A DNA stretch of 64,000 nt from Zootoca vivipara (Eukaryota), in NCBI RefSeq assembly GCF_963506605.1, contig NC_083280.1, positions 61,938,001-62,002,000 of the forward strand, written 5' to 3'. Positions 24,894 through 37,033 of this stretch are shown here, piece by piece (within the stretch, counting starts at the first letter, position 1; each line of letters opens with the position of its first letter). A program made the translations under genes and the position numbers. Under the pieces are notes generated by a model. It did no database searches. It saw nothing but the letters and a program-made list of their open reading frames with translations, and was not told the DNA's origin.

Positions 24894-25314
24894 CAGGGGT
24901 CAGCAACCAGGGCAGTCTCGAGCAGGTCGCGTGCCCTGGCGCTGAGGGGCGGAGATCGCTTCGGCGCCCCCGCCCTTGCAGGGCGCAGCATGGTCTCCGC
25001 GCGGCGCCCGGCCTACCGGCCCGGCGCCCTAGCACACCACGCCACCGGGGGTCTACCTAGAGCCGGCCCTGTCAGCAACTTCTTTCAGCCATGGGCTGGT
25101 CTACTGTCCCTCAGAACATGTGGTGGGCTGGACTATATGGGGGGGGGGGAATAAATGAATTCTTATGCCCCACAAATAACCCAGAGATGCATTTTAAATA
25201 AAAGCACACATTCTACTCATGTAAAAACATGCTGATTCCCGGATCATCCGTGGGCCAGATTGAGAAGGCAATTGGGCCGCATCCGGCCCACAGGCCTTAG
25301 GTTGCCTACCCCTG
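24894..25314. mobile_element. hAT (Charlie/Buster-like) MITE with a nested insertion
   Basis: CAGGGGTCAGCAAC ... GTTGCCTACCCCTG; perfect TSD CTATAGAG. Confidence 0.88.
24908..25071. mobile_element. GC/CpG-rich 164-bp hAT MITE nested in the host TIR
   Basis: TIR CAGGGC(A/C)G(T/G)CTC; perfect TSD TCAGCAAC (24900-24907 / 25072-25079). Confidence 0.88.
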
Positions 25315-26367
25315 CTATAGAGGTATATCTAGAGCGATTTTTTTTCAATTTTAGCTGATATTCCCAAATGTTTAGGACCTAAAATATTTAAGTTTGTGTG
25401 GGAGACCTTCTGGCAAATATAACATGCGTGCTGTCCTTAGTCCAGTCGCCTAATCACAGGGCCATTCTAGTTCCTGAATGGCTGGAAGTTTGCTCTTTGC
25501 CCTTCTCCATCAGACCACCTTTAGTCTCTCTAAGCTTGTGCCTGCCTTGAATGCTCCTACAGAGTCAGATGGCTATGAGAGCTTCTCTGTCTAGCAGAGG
25601 CTGCTTCTACTTGCCACTGCTTACAGCCGTTCTGACTTGGCTTCTTTGAAGGCCCCCGGCAGCTGTGATGCATGGCCCCATTATAGCTCTTTTCTGGTTA
25701 AGGCAAGGCTGCAAATTTGTGGTCCATTGCCCTGATCTCACATCCCATCAGCCACATATGGTGGCTTATTCCCCTAAGAAACATAACTTTCCCCTTGCCT
25801 CCTTGCTGCCTGCCTGGGACTGGAAATTGCGGGGGTGGCGGCAAAAGTGCATGGCTTGCTAAGCTTGGTAGATCAAAAACTCCCATAGGTCAAATTGGGA
25901 CAAATTTGTTTGCGTTCCAAATCACTCTCCCTCTTCTAATGAGAGAAGGCTACATGCAATGCCCACTCCCCCCCCCCAGCCAACCACAATTTAAGATATA
26001 TGTCAGTGTTCTTTTTGTAAGCCAAATGAAGACATAGTTTGTCCTCATTCTAATTAGACGGATGTGCTTTGCTGCAAGTCATTAGTGCTCTAAATAGGTT
26101 CCTTTCTTACTGATAAACTATAGTGGGGGTTTCGGGAACAAATTGCCAATAAATAGAGAGCTGGCTTATAGGATCTATTGATTCCCACTCACTGAGCTGC
26201 AGAGAGGTGCTTTGTCTGACTTCCTGAATGTGCAAGCAAGGTGAAAATCTAATTAATGAGCCTCCTCCTGAAAAGAAGGTGGCAGGCTAAGGTTTCTCCA
26301 GATGCTGTGGATTACAATGTACACAATCTCTGATCATTGGTGCTAATGGGAGCTGGAGGATCTAGGG

Positions 26368-26503
26368 CAGGGTTCCCCAAACTTTGGTCTCCAGCTGCTT
26401 TTTGACTACAATTCCCATCATCCCCGACCACTGGTCCTGCTAGCTAGGGATGATGGGAGTTGTGGTCCAAAAACAGCTGGAGACCCAAGTTTGAGAAACC
26501 CTG
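26368..26503. mobile_element. 136-bp palindromic hAT MITE
   Basis: CAGGGTT...AACCCTG; TSD ATCTAGGG; same GACTACAATTCCCATCATCCC core as 4498-4633. Confidence 0.9.
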
Positions 26504-29500
26504 ATCTAGGGGGTCTCAATAGTCTTGCCAAGGCTGCCTTATTAATACAGGCAATGTAATGGTTGTCAAGACCACAGCTGGTCCATCTTGACACACAACT
26601 GGCCCCACACATTATGCGGGATGCATTCTGGACCCAGTAATTTTTCAGCTGACCTGGAGCACTGACGTTTGTTCAATATTTCTGTGGACAGCAACTGAAA
26701 ATTGTATGAATTGGGTGACAATTTTGAACTTGCTTTGAGAGGACAATATAGCCAAATGAGAAGTGCTTTACAGTTTAGTTTGGTTTTTCCCTACTTTTTA
26801 ATCTCGGTCCTCCCAAACTTGAAAAAAATAAAGTATGTTGTTGAAAAATTGGTCCATGAAAGTAGCGGATAATCTATATCATGGTGGGGAATCCATGGCC
26901 CTTCAGATGTTGTTGAACTGCAACTCCAATTAGCTCCATCTAATATGGTCAAAAATAATGTAGCTCAGCAACCTTTGGAGGGATGCAGTTAGCACCCTCC
27001 CTGGCTTAGGTGAACATTAACTGCAGGATTTGCTCAGGACAGAACTTAATTGCTCCACAAGAGGGCTCCATGGTACAATAACGTTTCCACTATACAGTAG
27101 TTCATATAACAACTCACTTCTCAAGAGCAGCATTCAGTGCAATGGAAAGACCAATTTCCACTCATTCCTGCTATAGCATGTAGCACTTTTGCTCCTAAAA
27201 TGACCTGAGCAAGGTGAGTCAGATTGCTTTCAGAAGGGATGCTAAAAACTAGGGACGGGAAAGAAATTTGATTCCGTTTGCATTTAAAGATGATTCGCAG
27301 TTTCCAAAACAATACAAAAACTGAAATGCAACCATCCTTTGAAAGTCACAAGTCTCCAAATTTTGCAATGTCCCATAGAATAATCACATGGCAATCAGAA
27401 ACACACACCTGTAAAAGGCAACCCTGTTTCATAATAGAAGGAAGTGCAAATACAGCCAGAGTATAGATCATTTAAATGACCATAGTGCCCTCAATATCTG
27501 TCCTATTAGGAGACAGAGCAGAGTCTGTAATAATGTTGAGCAATGCATGTTCTTGCCTGATGAACCTTCAAGCGAGAAATGATCGCTACACATCTGTGGA
27601 GAGAGCAGGAAAAGCTTCTGATGCTGTAAAGACACTGCCAAACAGCAGGAAGCAGATGCTTTATTATATAGCTAGGGGAAGTGTTCAACATTGTGCTTTT
27701 ATGATTGTTCCATCAGAGCAAGGCATTTCAGCTTGCCAGATAAAGCAATATCCCATCTCCTGTGTGCTGGGGGTTTCCTCAGCTCCCACAGCCATTTGGG
27801 CGGGGGGCAGGGGCAAATGGGGAGGGATGGGGGAAAGCCTCATTGCACTAGCAGTAATTGCCCTGGTTCCTGCTGGTGCAGCTGTTTAGTTGAATCCAGC
27901 CCTAGATTCTTAGGTCCAAGATTATGGCCATGGACATTTGTGGAAAAGCACAGATCAAAAGGAGTTACTGCAGTGTGGATACGATGATGGTGATTTGAAT
28001 TTATTAGTCACTAAAAGGTAACTAACAATTAAATACATTATACCATTATACCCCATCATTAATGGGGGAATCACATAAAACATTAATATAAAACAATGTT
28101 AGGGAGCATTCGCAGCACACTAATAATAAAACAAACTCAGCTCAGTCTATCAAAGGCATGGGGAGAAAGGGTGAGTTTTTACTTGGTGCCAAAAGGATGT
28201 CAGCAAAGGGGCCAGGCTTACCTTGCTGGGTCTTCTTCAAAAATGATAATCTGATCAGATCAGGGAAGTGGAAAGCATCCCTTTCACATGATTAACTTGG
28301 CAACTATAATCCTATAATTAGGATTTGGAGATGCTACTAAGCACATGACTATTTGAAAGACTAGTTATAGATGGACATCATACCGCAATCAAGAAAAGAT
28401 TGCATTTTTTGAGAATGTACATATAATAAAAAGGTAAGGTTGTCAACACACTGCAGTTCCTTTCTCCATGATTGGGCAGGAGTTGGGGCACTCAAGCAAA
28501 GAAGGTTGTGCAAGTTCAGCAGCAGATGGCAACATGGACAACAGCATAGGCCATGCCGTGAAGGCCTCCGGAACTGCATGAAGCCCATGTGTTGCCCAGC
28601 CTGATTTTATCTTGAGAAGCTGTTGGCTACCTATTTGGTTCCCATGGCAGCACATTGTCCAGCTGTTAACATGCCCAAGGCTCTCCCCAGGTATGCCTCA
28701 GGCAACTTTGCACAGATACCGTACAAAACCACCTAACATTGCTTGGTTTAGCATGGCTTGAACTCCACAAACTCTGCACAGAAAAAACATACATTGCAAA
28801 GTTGATTATAAATGAACTCAGCATAAATAACTAGGTTTGCATTTTTTTAAAAAAAACATATTTAAAGTTAAAGCTGTTCTTGGTTCACAAAGTCTTGTGT
28901 CTGATAAAGTGGTATTAACTGTGTGTGTTGGTTTAGATAAGGAAAAAAAGAACTTTTTAAATGACAAAATAAAAAGTTATTTCTCTGGCAGACATACTGA
29001 AGAATACACAAGCCTGGCAGACCAAATAAGCCATCAAAGTGAGACATCAGTGAAGGCTCCCAAATACATGAAAACCACTTCTGAGAGCCGGAGGCCTGCA
29101 TTTATCAGAATGCCCATCAGAAAATGAGGAGGCAATTAACAAATGGGGACAAGGTTAGCTTTATGACACAGAGCCAAAAATATTTGATACACTGTAAATT
29201 TGTCATCCTCCAGAAGTAATTCAATTACACCTAGTGGCATAAGACAGCCTAGTTGCTACAACACAAAATGCAGTTGTATTGCTGTGCTCGCTGAAAACAT
29301 CAATGTGCAACCAAATTGCTTTGCAGAGCAGGGGCGATTGCTAACTAATTTGTTGTTGCTGTTAGAATTAAAGGCACAGTAGTTGCTTTTTTGGGGGGTA
29401 GGGGCTGAATGCTATGTCATTTCTACAGTTGGGATTTTCCCCACACTGCACATTACCGGTAATTTTCTATTCCGGTGGCCCCATACTATCAGGAATTTGT

Positions 29501-29878
29501 GGGAGGGATTCAAGTGCATATCAGGAAATTTAGGTGTATAGGATTAATAGTAGATGAAAGTGCTCTGTTGACCTAGCACAAAAAAATCCATTTTAAAATA
29601 TACAATGGGCCTTTGTGTTTAGGAAAGTGATAGAGAAATGCACTGAAAATCGTAGAGTGAGCCATTAGTAAGAAGACATATGAACAACCTGGAAACAGAT
29701 CATGACCCATGCACTAACTAAACCATAGCTCAGTGTTCTGGGCACAAGCCTAGTCTCTCTCCTCTCCAGTGTGGATGTAATGAGGAGACTGGAAGCATTT
29801 TCTTCTGCATATAACTAAATGCAGTTTGTACTTATGTCCATACCAGGCATGGTAGTTAGTTCTAACTATGGTTTATCT

Positions 29879-30276
29879 CAGGCAGGCATCCCCAAACTTC
29901 GGCCCTCCAGATGTTTTGGACTACAATTCCCATCATCCCTGACCACAGGTCCTCTTAGCTAGGGATCATGGGAGTTGTAGGCCAAAACATCTGGAGGGCC
30001 GCAGTTTGGGGATGCCTGATCTCAGGGGTCAGCAAACTTTTTCAGCAGAGGGCCGGTCCACTATCCCTCAGACCTTGGGGGGGGGGGCTGGACTATATAT
30101 TGAATAAGAAAAATGAATGAATTCCTATGCCCCAGAAATAACCCAGAGCTGTATTTTAAATAAAAGGACTCATTCTACTCATGTAAAAACACGCTGATTC
30201 CTGGACCGTCCATGGGCCGTATTTAGAAGGAGATGGGGCCTGATCCGGCCCCCAGGCCTTAGCTTGCCTACCCATG
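29879..30276. mobile_element. hAT MITE (same family as 24894-25314) interrupted at its terminus
   Basis: TSD GTTTATCT (29871-29878 / 30277-30284); body shares TATGCCCC..AAATAACCCAGAG..ATTTTAAATAAAAG with 25160-25300. Confidence 0.85.
29883..30018. mobile_element. 136-bp palindromic hAT MITE, nested
   Basis: Near-identical to 4498-4633; TSD ATCTCAGG (29875-29882 / 30019-30026). Confidence 0.92.
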
Positions 30277-33200
30277 GTTTATCTGAATAAGCCAACATCA
30301 TAAGCCGCAGTTTGAAGCCGGTTTGTTTGGAGAAGCCATATGTAAAACTAACTGCAGTTTCTCTTAGTTTAACGTTGGGCTTATTTGAAAGAAACCATAG
30401 CTAAAAGTGACATCAGTTTGTTGTGTTCAAATGAAGCAACAAGCTGGAAGCCAGGGGTAGAACTGTTTATTTCCATCACTTCTGGTGCTCCCCCTCAGCT
30501 GCCATGAACATTCACCAGCCAGCAGAGGAACAGGCTTCTTCTAGGCTATCCCAGTGAGAGGCCCAGTTAAGTTCCATCTACTTCATCCAACGTGATATTT
30601 TGTGTTAAGCAAGTTGTTTGCTGTTTACCACTTTGGGCTTCCCTCTGGTGGGAGAAACAGGATATGAGGAATAACTGAAATGATCTTCTCATGTGGCCGC
30701 ATCGGAGTAGGAGTAGACAAGGGACAGACACAAGCCAGGGCTCATTCATGCCACGATCAACTCTGGTTGAAGTTCTGCCTGCTATTAAATCAACATACAG
30801 CTGTTCTATTTTTCCCCCTGACAAAGGCTGTACCTTTAATGGCTGCAGGACAGGCAGACATCCATAGATATTCCAAGCCATGCGAAAATAGGCAAGTTCT
30901 GCTCTTGAATTCCTGCCTTTTATATAGCTATAAAACGTACAGCACTCTTCTCAGCCAAAGGTAACTGTAAAACAGACGCCTTAAATTCACGGCTAGTCTA
31001 GCCTTTAGAACATATTCCCTCCCAATTTCCCCATCAATAAATTAGATGCCTTGCCTGCAAATTCACTGACTTTGCTGGCTTTTTCTCTCTTGTAGCCTCT
31101 GCCTCTTCCATGTGGTGTAGCCTTTTCAGGCTGCATCGGGGATGCGTCTCTTACTCCTAAAGGTAGATCTTCTTCTATCTGATAACTCTAAGTGGATCCT
31201 ATTCAGAAGCTGCACCTGGGGAACAGAGAAAAGATGGCAAAAAGAAAATTGTATGATGAGAATATGACAGCAAAAGGAGATTGTTTTTTAGGCCCAGGTG
31301 TGCCTGTGTGTGTGGGAAACCAATCAACTTTGCCCACTTTTTAGGGTTTTGCTGGGACCTGAGTTCAGTTGTTAGCCAATATGGCCAGAAGCAGGCAGTT
31401 TAGGTTCATAATTAAGTTGAACAAAGTAGGTTTATCATGAGACCTTGTGTAGGTTTATCATGATTCCATTGCTGTGTCATGTGAAAGCTTCACATTTGCC
31501 TAATAACTTGCACAATTGGAATGCAGCCTATTTGTGCTCCTACACACACCAGCAGCCCCACTGCTTCACACTAGATCCCCCCAGAGAGATTCAGTTTGTA
31601 CCCAGGGTTCTTCAAGTCTTCAGGTAACTTGCATATCTCACTCTCTGTCTCAAAGAGCAAGTTTGAATCTTTGTACACAAAGACACACACAGAGAGCTCT
31701 GCTCCATCCCCTTACCAGGAATGAGTTTGGTTCCATTCAAAACACCCAAGACAGATCTGCAGATACTGGTAGCAAAATGCCATCTCCCAGCTTAACTCCT
31801 CCCGAAGAAATAACAAACACTGACTAGTCAGAATCCTGGCAAACAGATCTGAAACTAGGTTTCAAATGCGAAAAAGTTGGAAAACTGGACACTTCCCTCC
31901 TTCTCTCTTAATATAACAGACATAAATATATAACAACATACAGGGTCCTTATGTAAATTTCTCTCTCCAGATTAGGCAGAAAATTGGTGGAAGCTGGATT
32001 TCCACATGAGACACACTGTAACAAAGATTATCTGTTTTCCTCTTCTTGATCTAATTTCCTGATCTGATTTCTAACTTTGCTGCTCTTTCATTTTTCATTT
32101 CTTTCCCCTACGTAACGAAACACCACTTCTCACACTCCTATCATCCTTTCCCATCTAATAATGGCAGCTTATGAAACTGCAAAAGCACTTTTGTTGACAG
32201 CTTAGAGGTAATCCAATATAAAAAGGAGTCTCCCAAGTTTTAAACTATTTTTAATGTTGTATTTTAAATTTTGTGGCACACCCTGGGACCTTACAGTAAA
32301 GGGCAGGTGGTAAATATAGTAATAGTAGTAGTAGTAGTAGTATGGTGGTAGTAGTAGTAGTAACAATAATGGATTGTTTCACATATATATGCATATTTAT
32401 CACCTTGGGGCTGTGAATGGGCTGCTGCAGATCTGTCACCACAGACTGAATGGCCTCTTCCCTTCAGTGCTTTTTAGTGGGATCAGTTAAAACATTTAGC
32501 AACCAGTTGGCAGAAGCTGATTCACACATCCTTTTTCTTCACTGAGAAGAGGCCCAGGTAGGCATCCTTGGGCTTTCCTGGCAGTGGCAGGTGGTTGACT
32601 CCAGGAGCCACCATTTTAACTTCCCACACCAGGGCATTGTGGAACATTTAAACTGTGCCCCCCAAAGCCTGCTATTTTAATTTCTCACAATGACTTAGAG
32701 CAAAGCTATATCAGGAACATTGTCAGAAGTTTACAACCTAAAACAACTCAGTAGGGGGTGCCTAGGATGTAGGTATTTATTCTCATATGGCCAACTAGAT
32801 GCCTATTTTATGACTGTTAAGCTTATTCAAGAATCTTTGGTGAGATACTTTGTTGGAAGCTTTTTGAAAGTCCGAGAAAACTGTGCCAAGCTGGATCACC
32901 TTACCTTCTCAGATAACTCTGATAGGACTTACGGTACCTTTGTAGAACCATGCTGGTTCTGTTTTGGCAAGGCTTGCAGTTGTCAATGTTCTCTTGCTTT
33001 GATATCGCTACACTCCTGCAGCTATAACATGGGAGCTCATTTGTCTGTTGGGGTGGGGACAGGCTGAGCTGAACCACGAAACTGACTACCACCTGTTGGC
33101 TGAAGAAATCATAAAATGAAGGGTAGCAGAGCTGCAGTGGCGTTGCTGTCAAAGGTCTACTCACCCAACCCTCCTCCATTGTTTGAACAACAACAAAAAC

Positions 33201-34822
33201 CAATGAGGAAACTCACTGACAATGTGAGCAAATGCTTTCCTCAGGTTTCACCTCCACCCGAGTCCTAGAGTCTTAAGTTCTCTGCAGAGCGAAGGCTTTC
33301 ATAATGTAAAACTGATTGGCCCATGAGGTTTTTCAGGATATGTGGCCACACTTCAGAGTTTGCACCCCATCTCATTAGAGGCCATCACCTTGTGAGACCA
33401 ATAGACTCGTCTCATTTATTCAATTTTAGCTTCATGGAGTAAATCCAAGAATAAGTCATATCTTGCTGATTTAATATCCTGTTTCCTCTAGCACCTCTCT
33501 CCAGGGACTAGTAAATTCAGTTCATGTTTTCAAACTGCCACATACAATTATGACATTGGATATCATTTAGCACAGTTCTCTCCTGTTGCATTTTGTTCTG
33601 CAGCTGTGTTGGGTAAAATGATGATATTCACACTCAAGTCTGCTGCCCTTTAGCTATAAGCTCAGGCTCAATGGATTTGTTGACTACAGACAGATCCCCA
33701 CACCATAAATTTAAAGGCACATCTAATGCACATATAAAGCACATGACTTTCCCAACAGAACCCCGGAAGTGTCATTTCCCCCTCACAGAGCCAATTCTGA
33801 ACTGTAGAACTGGAAGGGACCTTGAAGGTCATCTAGTCCAACCCCCTGCAATGCAGGAATATTTTCCCCAATGTGAGGCTCAGACCCATGCCCCTGAGAT
33901 TAAGACCTTAACATGTTACAGTTCCCAGGGTTCTTTAGGGGAAACCATGTGCTATAAATGTGTGTGTTGGAACTGCTCTAAATTTACAAAATATTTGCAA
34001 AGTAATGCTGTTGATTGCAGAAGAGGTTAATCTTTCAAAGAACCTGCAGGCCAAACACTGAAAAGTGTTCTCTTTATGGCATGAATACTAAACCAGGATC
34101 ACAACCAGGCAAGAAGATAGAGACTGGGCCAAAATGAACATGCAGGTTCTGAACCATTCTGGAATTTGCTGGGATCTATAAATTGTGACCAAATTGTTTG
34201 AAATGGCTGGGGAAAGAGGCATGTTGTTTCAGAGGCAGATTCTTCTGCTATCTTTCCAAAGAGCAATACTGTGCCTCGCTTTCAGAGACTGTGTTCAGTG
34301 AGGTTGTTTAAAAGTGCTAGGACAACTGTGCTTGAATAAATCGATCTATCCATTGACCAATTAAAGGTGGCCAAGAGGGGGCCTGGCATATGGCTGCAGG
34401 GAGGCTAGTTTAAAGTCTAGACAGAGAAGGCCCCAGCTGAAGATGGATTGGGATACAAAAGGCCTCTGGTGCAAAATTTAGATGGTGGGTGGTCCTCAGT
34501 GCTGCCTCTCTCTGCCTCTTCTGGGCTGTGCTCTTTCCAGTCAAGCTCCACTACAAGCAGGTAACTTTACCATCTACATTGCTTGCAATTCAATCATTTC
34601 AAATGCAGCAGTTACAGTAAAGGTAAAGAGACCCCTGACTGTTAGGTCGAGTCGCGGACGACTCTGGGGTTGCGGCGCTCATCTCGCTTTACTGGCTGAG
34701 GGAGCCAGCGTATAGCTTCCGGGTCATACGGCCAGCATGACGAAGCCACTTCTGGCAAACCAGAGCAGCGCACGGAAACACCATTTACCTTCCCGCCAGA
34801 GCGGTACCTATCTATCTACTTG

Positions 34823-34913
34823 ATATCTATCTGATGAAGTGTGCATGCACACGAAAGCTCATACCAAAATAAAAACTTAGTTGGTCTTTAAGGTGCTACT
34901 GAAGGAATTTTTT
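34823..34913 (+). mobile_element. Penelope-like element terminal fragment
   Basis: CTGATGAAGTGTGCATGCACACGAAAGCTCATACCAAAATAAAAACTTAGTTGGTCTTTAAGGTGCTACTG resembles reptile Penelope pLTR ends as I recall them; flanked by TACTTG duplication (34817-34822 / 34914-34919). Confidence 0.75.
34828..34865 (+). ncRNA. Minimal type-I hammerhead ribozyme motif (PLE-type)
   Basis: TAT-CUGAUGA(34831-37)-A-GUGUGC-AU-GCACAC-GAAA(34853-56)-GC-UC-AUA; stem I reduced to 3 bp. Confidence 0.6.
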
Positions 34914-35057
34914 TACTTGCACTTTGACGTGCTTTCGAACTGCTAGGTTGGCAGGAGCAGGGACCAAGCAACAGGAGCTCACCCCATTGTGGGGATTCGA
35001 ACCACCGACCTTCTGATCGGTAAGCCCTAGGCTCAGTGGTTTAGACCGCAGCGCCAT

Positions 35058-35148
35058 CATAGCTGCCAAGTTTTCCCTTTTCTCGCGAGGAAGCCTATTA
35101 ACCATAAGGGAAAATCCCTTTAAAAAAAGGGATAACTTGGCAGCTATG
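35058..35148. mobile_element. 91-bp hAT MITE nested in the SINE head
   Basis: TIR CATAGCTGCCAAGTT; TSD AGCGCCAT / AGCGCCAC. Confidence 0.9.
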
Positions 35149-35183
35149 AGCGCCACCCGCATCCCATAGCATTTACAGTAAGA

Positions 35184-35534
35184 TAAAGGTAAAGGGACCC
35201 CTGACCATTAGGTCCAGTCATGACCGACTCTGGGGTTGCGCGCTCTTCTCGCATTATTGGCCGAGGGAGCCGGCGTATAGCTTCCAGGTCATGTGGCCAG
35301 CATGACAAAGCCACTTCTGGCGAACCAGAGCAGTACACGGAAACACCATTTACCTTCCCGCTGTAGTGGTTCCTATTTATCTACTTGCATTTTGACGTGC
35401 TTTCGAACTGCTAGGTTGGCAGGAGCTGGGACCGAGCAACGGGAGCTCACCCCGTCACAGGGATTTGAACCGCTGACCTTCTGATCAGCAAGCCCTAGGC
35501 TCAGTGGTTTAACCCACAGCGCCACCTGGGTCCC
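35184..35534 (-). mobile_element. Sauria/Squam1-type SINE, full length, tandem with the previous copy
   Basis: AAAGGTAAAGGGACCCCTGACC ... AACCCACAGCGCCACCTGGGTCCC. Confidence 0.92.
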
Positions 35535-36389
35535 GAGCAGTTACAGTATCATCTCTAAAAGGAGTCTGGTTACACCTCTGTGTAGGACAATGCTCTGAGC
35601 TTTCAGTTCCCATCAGTTGTGACTAAAGGGATCACCAGCCTTTTGGAACCCATTTGCTAACCAGAGAAACTTGCAGACACTACGTACATACAATGCAGCA
35701 ATCGTATGGCTATTGATATTCACCCTACGATATGAGATTCCAGTAATGCAGGGGGTCGACCTCAGGTCCCTTCCAACCTTACAATGCTATGAAGCTATGA
35801 GTCTATTGAAAAGGGGGGTGGGGTTTTATGATCACGAAAAGGTCCGAGGAGCATATTTGTTCCCTCTAGAAATCAGAAATCATTTTATTAAAACAAATTG
35901 ATTGAATGCACTGCTGGAGGAAAAGGCAACAGACATTACAAAAAGTAATGTCAGTGTCACCTCTATGCAATGATTTACTTTAAAAATCAAATTTTGCCCA
36001 GAAATTGCCACAATTTAGTTGTAGGCATTCGGTGTCGCTGCCTTAATGGTGCCAAAGAGGTTTGTTGTGCCTCATTATCTACCTGCCCAGGTATCAATCC
36101 AATTGCCTTTGTGATGGTGTCTGGTCATCCTCCTTTCCAGCAGATCTGGCAGAAAGAAACCTCCACTCTGTTCCAATTACAGCTGTGAGAGAACAGGAGG
36201 AAGGCGTTTCTCCCCCCCCCCCCGGGCTAATGAAGAGAAGGTTCCTTCTCTCTAATTCTCGAGAGCAGGCAAGGCATGTCTGCCCGAGCCTCCTCATCTC
36301 TCCCCTGCTAGAGCAGCTGCAGCCAGGGCCATCCCTGCACTGCTGTTGGCTGCCTCACTGAAGAATCACAAGGAGGAAGCCCTTTGCTC

Positions 36390-36625
36390 CTTTAATCTTG
36401 CTGGCAGGGAGACGGTGGCAGCTGCAAAGAGAGAAAAAGGAGGAGACCAGATGGCTTGCCAGAGACTCCCTTGCTTGGGCATGATCCCACCACAAGCACC
36501 AAACTCCTTTCCATTCAGAACTTTAGTTTGCAAGACTGCAAGAGTGTTGTTCATTTGTTTTTAAAGAAACCATACTATAAAGAAGAAATTCCATTTTAAG
36601 AAGATGACCGTGGTTGATTAGGTGT
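36390..36625 (+). promoter_or_regulatory. Putative VA opsin core promoter
   Basis: TATAAA 36576-36581, ~90 nt upstream of the ATG; K50-homeodomain (Otx/Crx)-like TTAATCT 36392-36398 and GATTAG 36616-36621. Confidence 0.4.
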
Positions 36626-36666
36626 GTTGTGGCACACTTTGTGTTCTTCTGTGTTGAAAGACAGAA

Positions 36667-37033
36667 ATGGATGGTCTGATGGGAGAACCTGAAAATGGAT
36701 CCTTTCTGATAGATCCCCCAGCAAGTTCCTCACCTTTTGATCCGTTCTTGCAACCCCTGGACTTCATCGAACCCTGGAACTTCCACCTTCTCTCTGCTCT
36801 GATGTTCTTGGTGACTTCCTTGTCCCTCTTCGAGAATTTTACCGTCATCTTGGTGACTCTGAAATTCAAACAGTTGAGGCAACCTCTAAACTATGTCATC
36901 GTGAACCTCTCTGTGGCCGATTTCCTGGTCTCCTTGATTGGGGGCACAATCAGCTTCTTGACTAATCTGAAGGGTTATTTTTTCATGGGCCACTGGGCAT
37001 GTGTGCTGGAAGGATTTGCAGTCACGTTCTTTG
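36667..37033 (+). CDS. valop: Vertebrate ancient (VA/VAL) opsin, exon 1 (367 nt)
   Basis: MDGLMGEPENGS...DPFLQPLDFIEPWNFHLLSALMF...ENFTVILVTLKFKQLRQPLNYVIVNLSVADFLVSLIGGTISFLTNLKGYFFMGHWACVLEGFAVTFFG; C110/E113 equivalents present; donor G|GTAAGT. Confidence 0.96.

Larger units (their letters stand above)
34620..35165 (-). mobile_element. Sauria/Squam1-type SINE carrying two nested insertions
   Basis: Reverse-complement tail AAAGGTAAAG and head ...GCGCCACCCGCATCCC; interrupted at 34823-34913 and 35058-35148. Confidence 0.9.

Noticed and set aside
28837-29127. 96-aa Lys-rich ORF that looks coding
   Set aside because: Non-ATG start, no recognisable homology and no convincing splice context.
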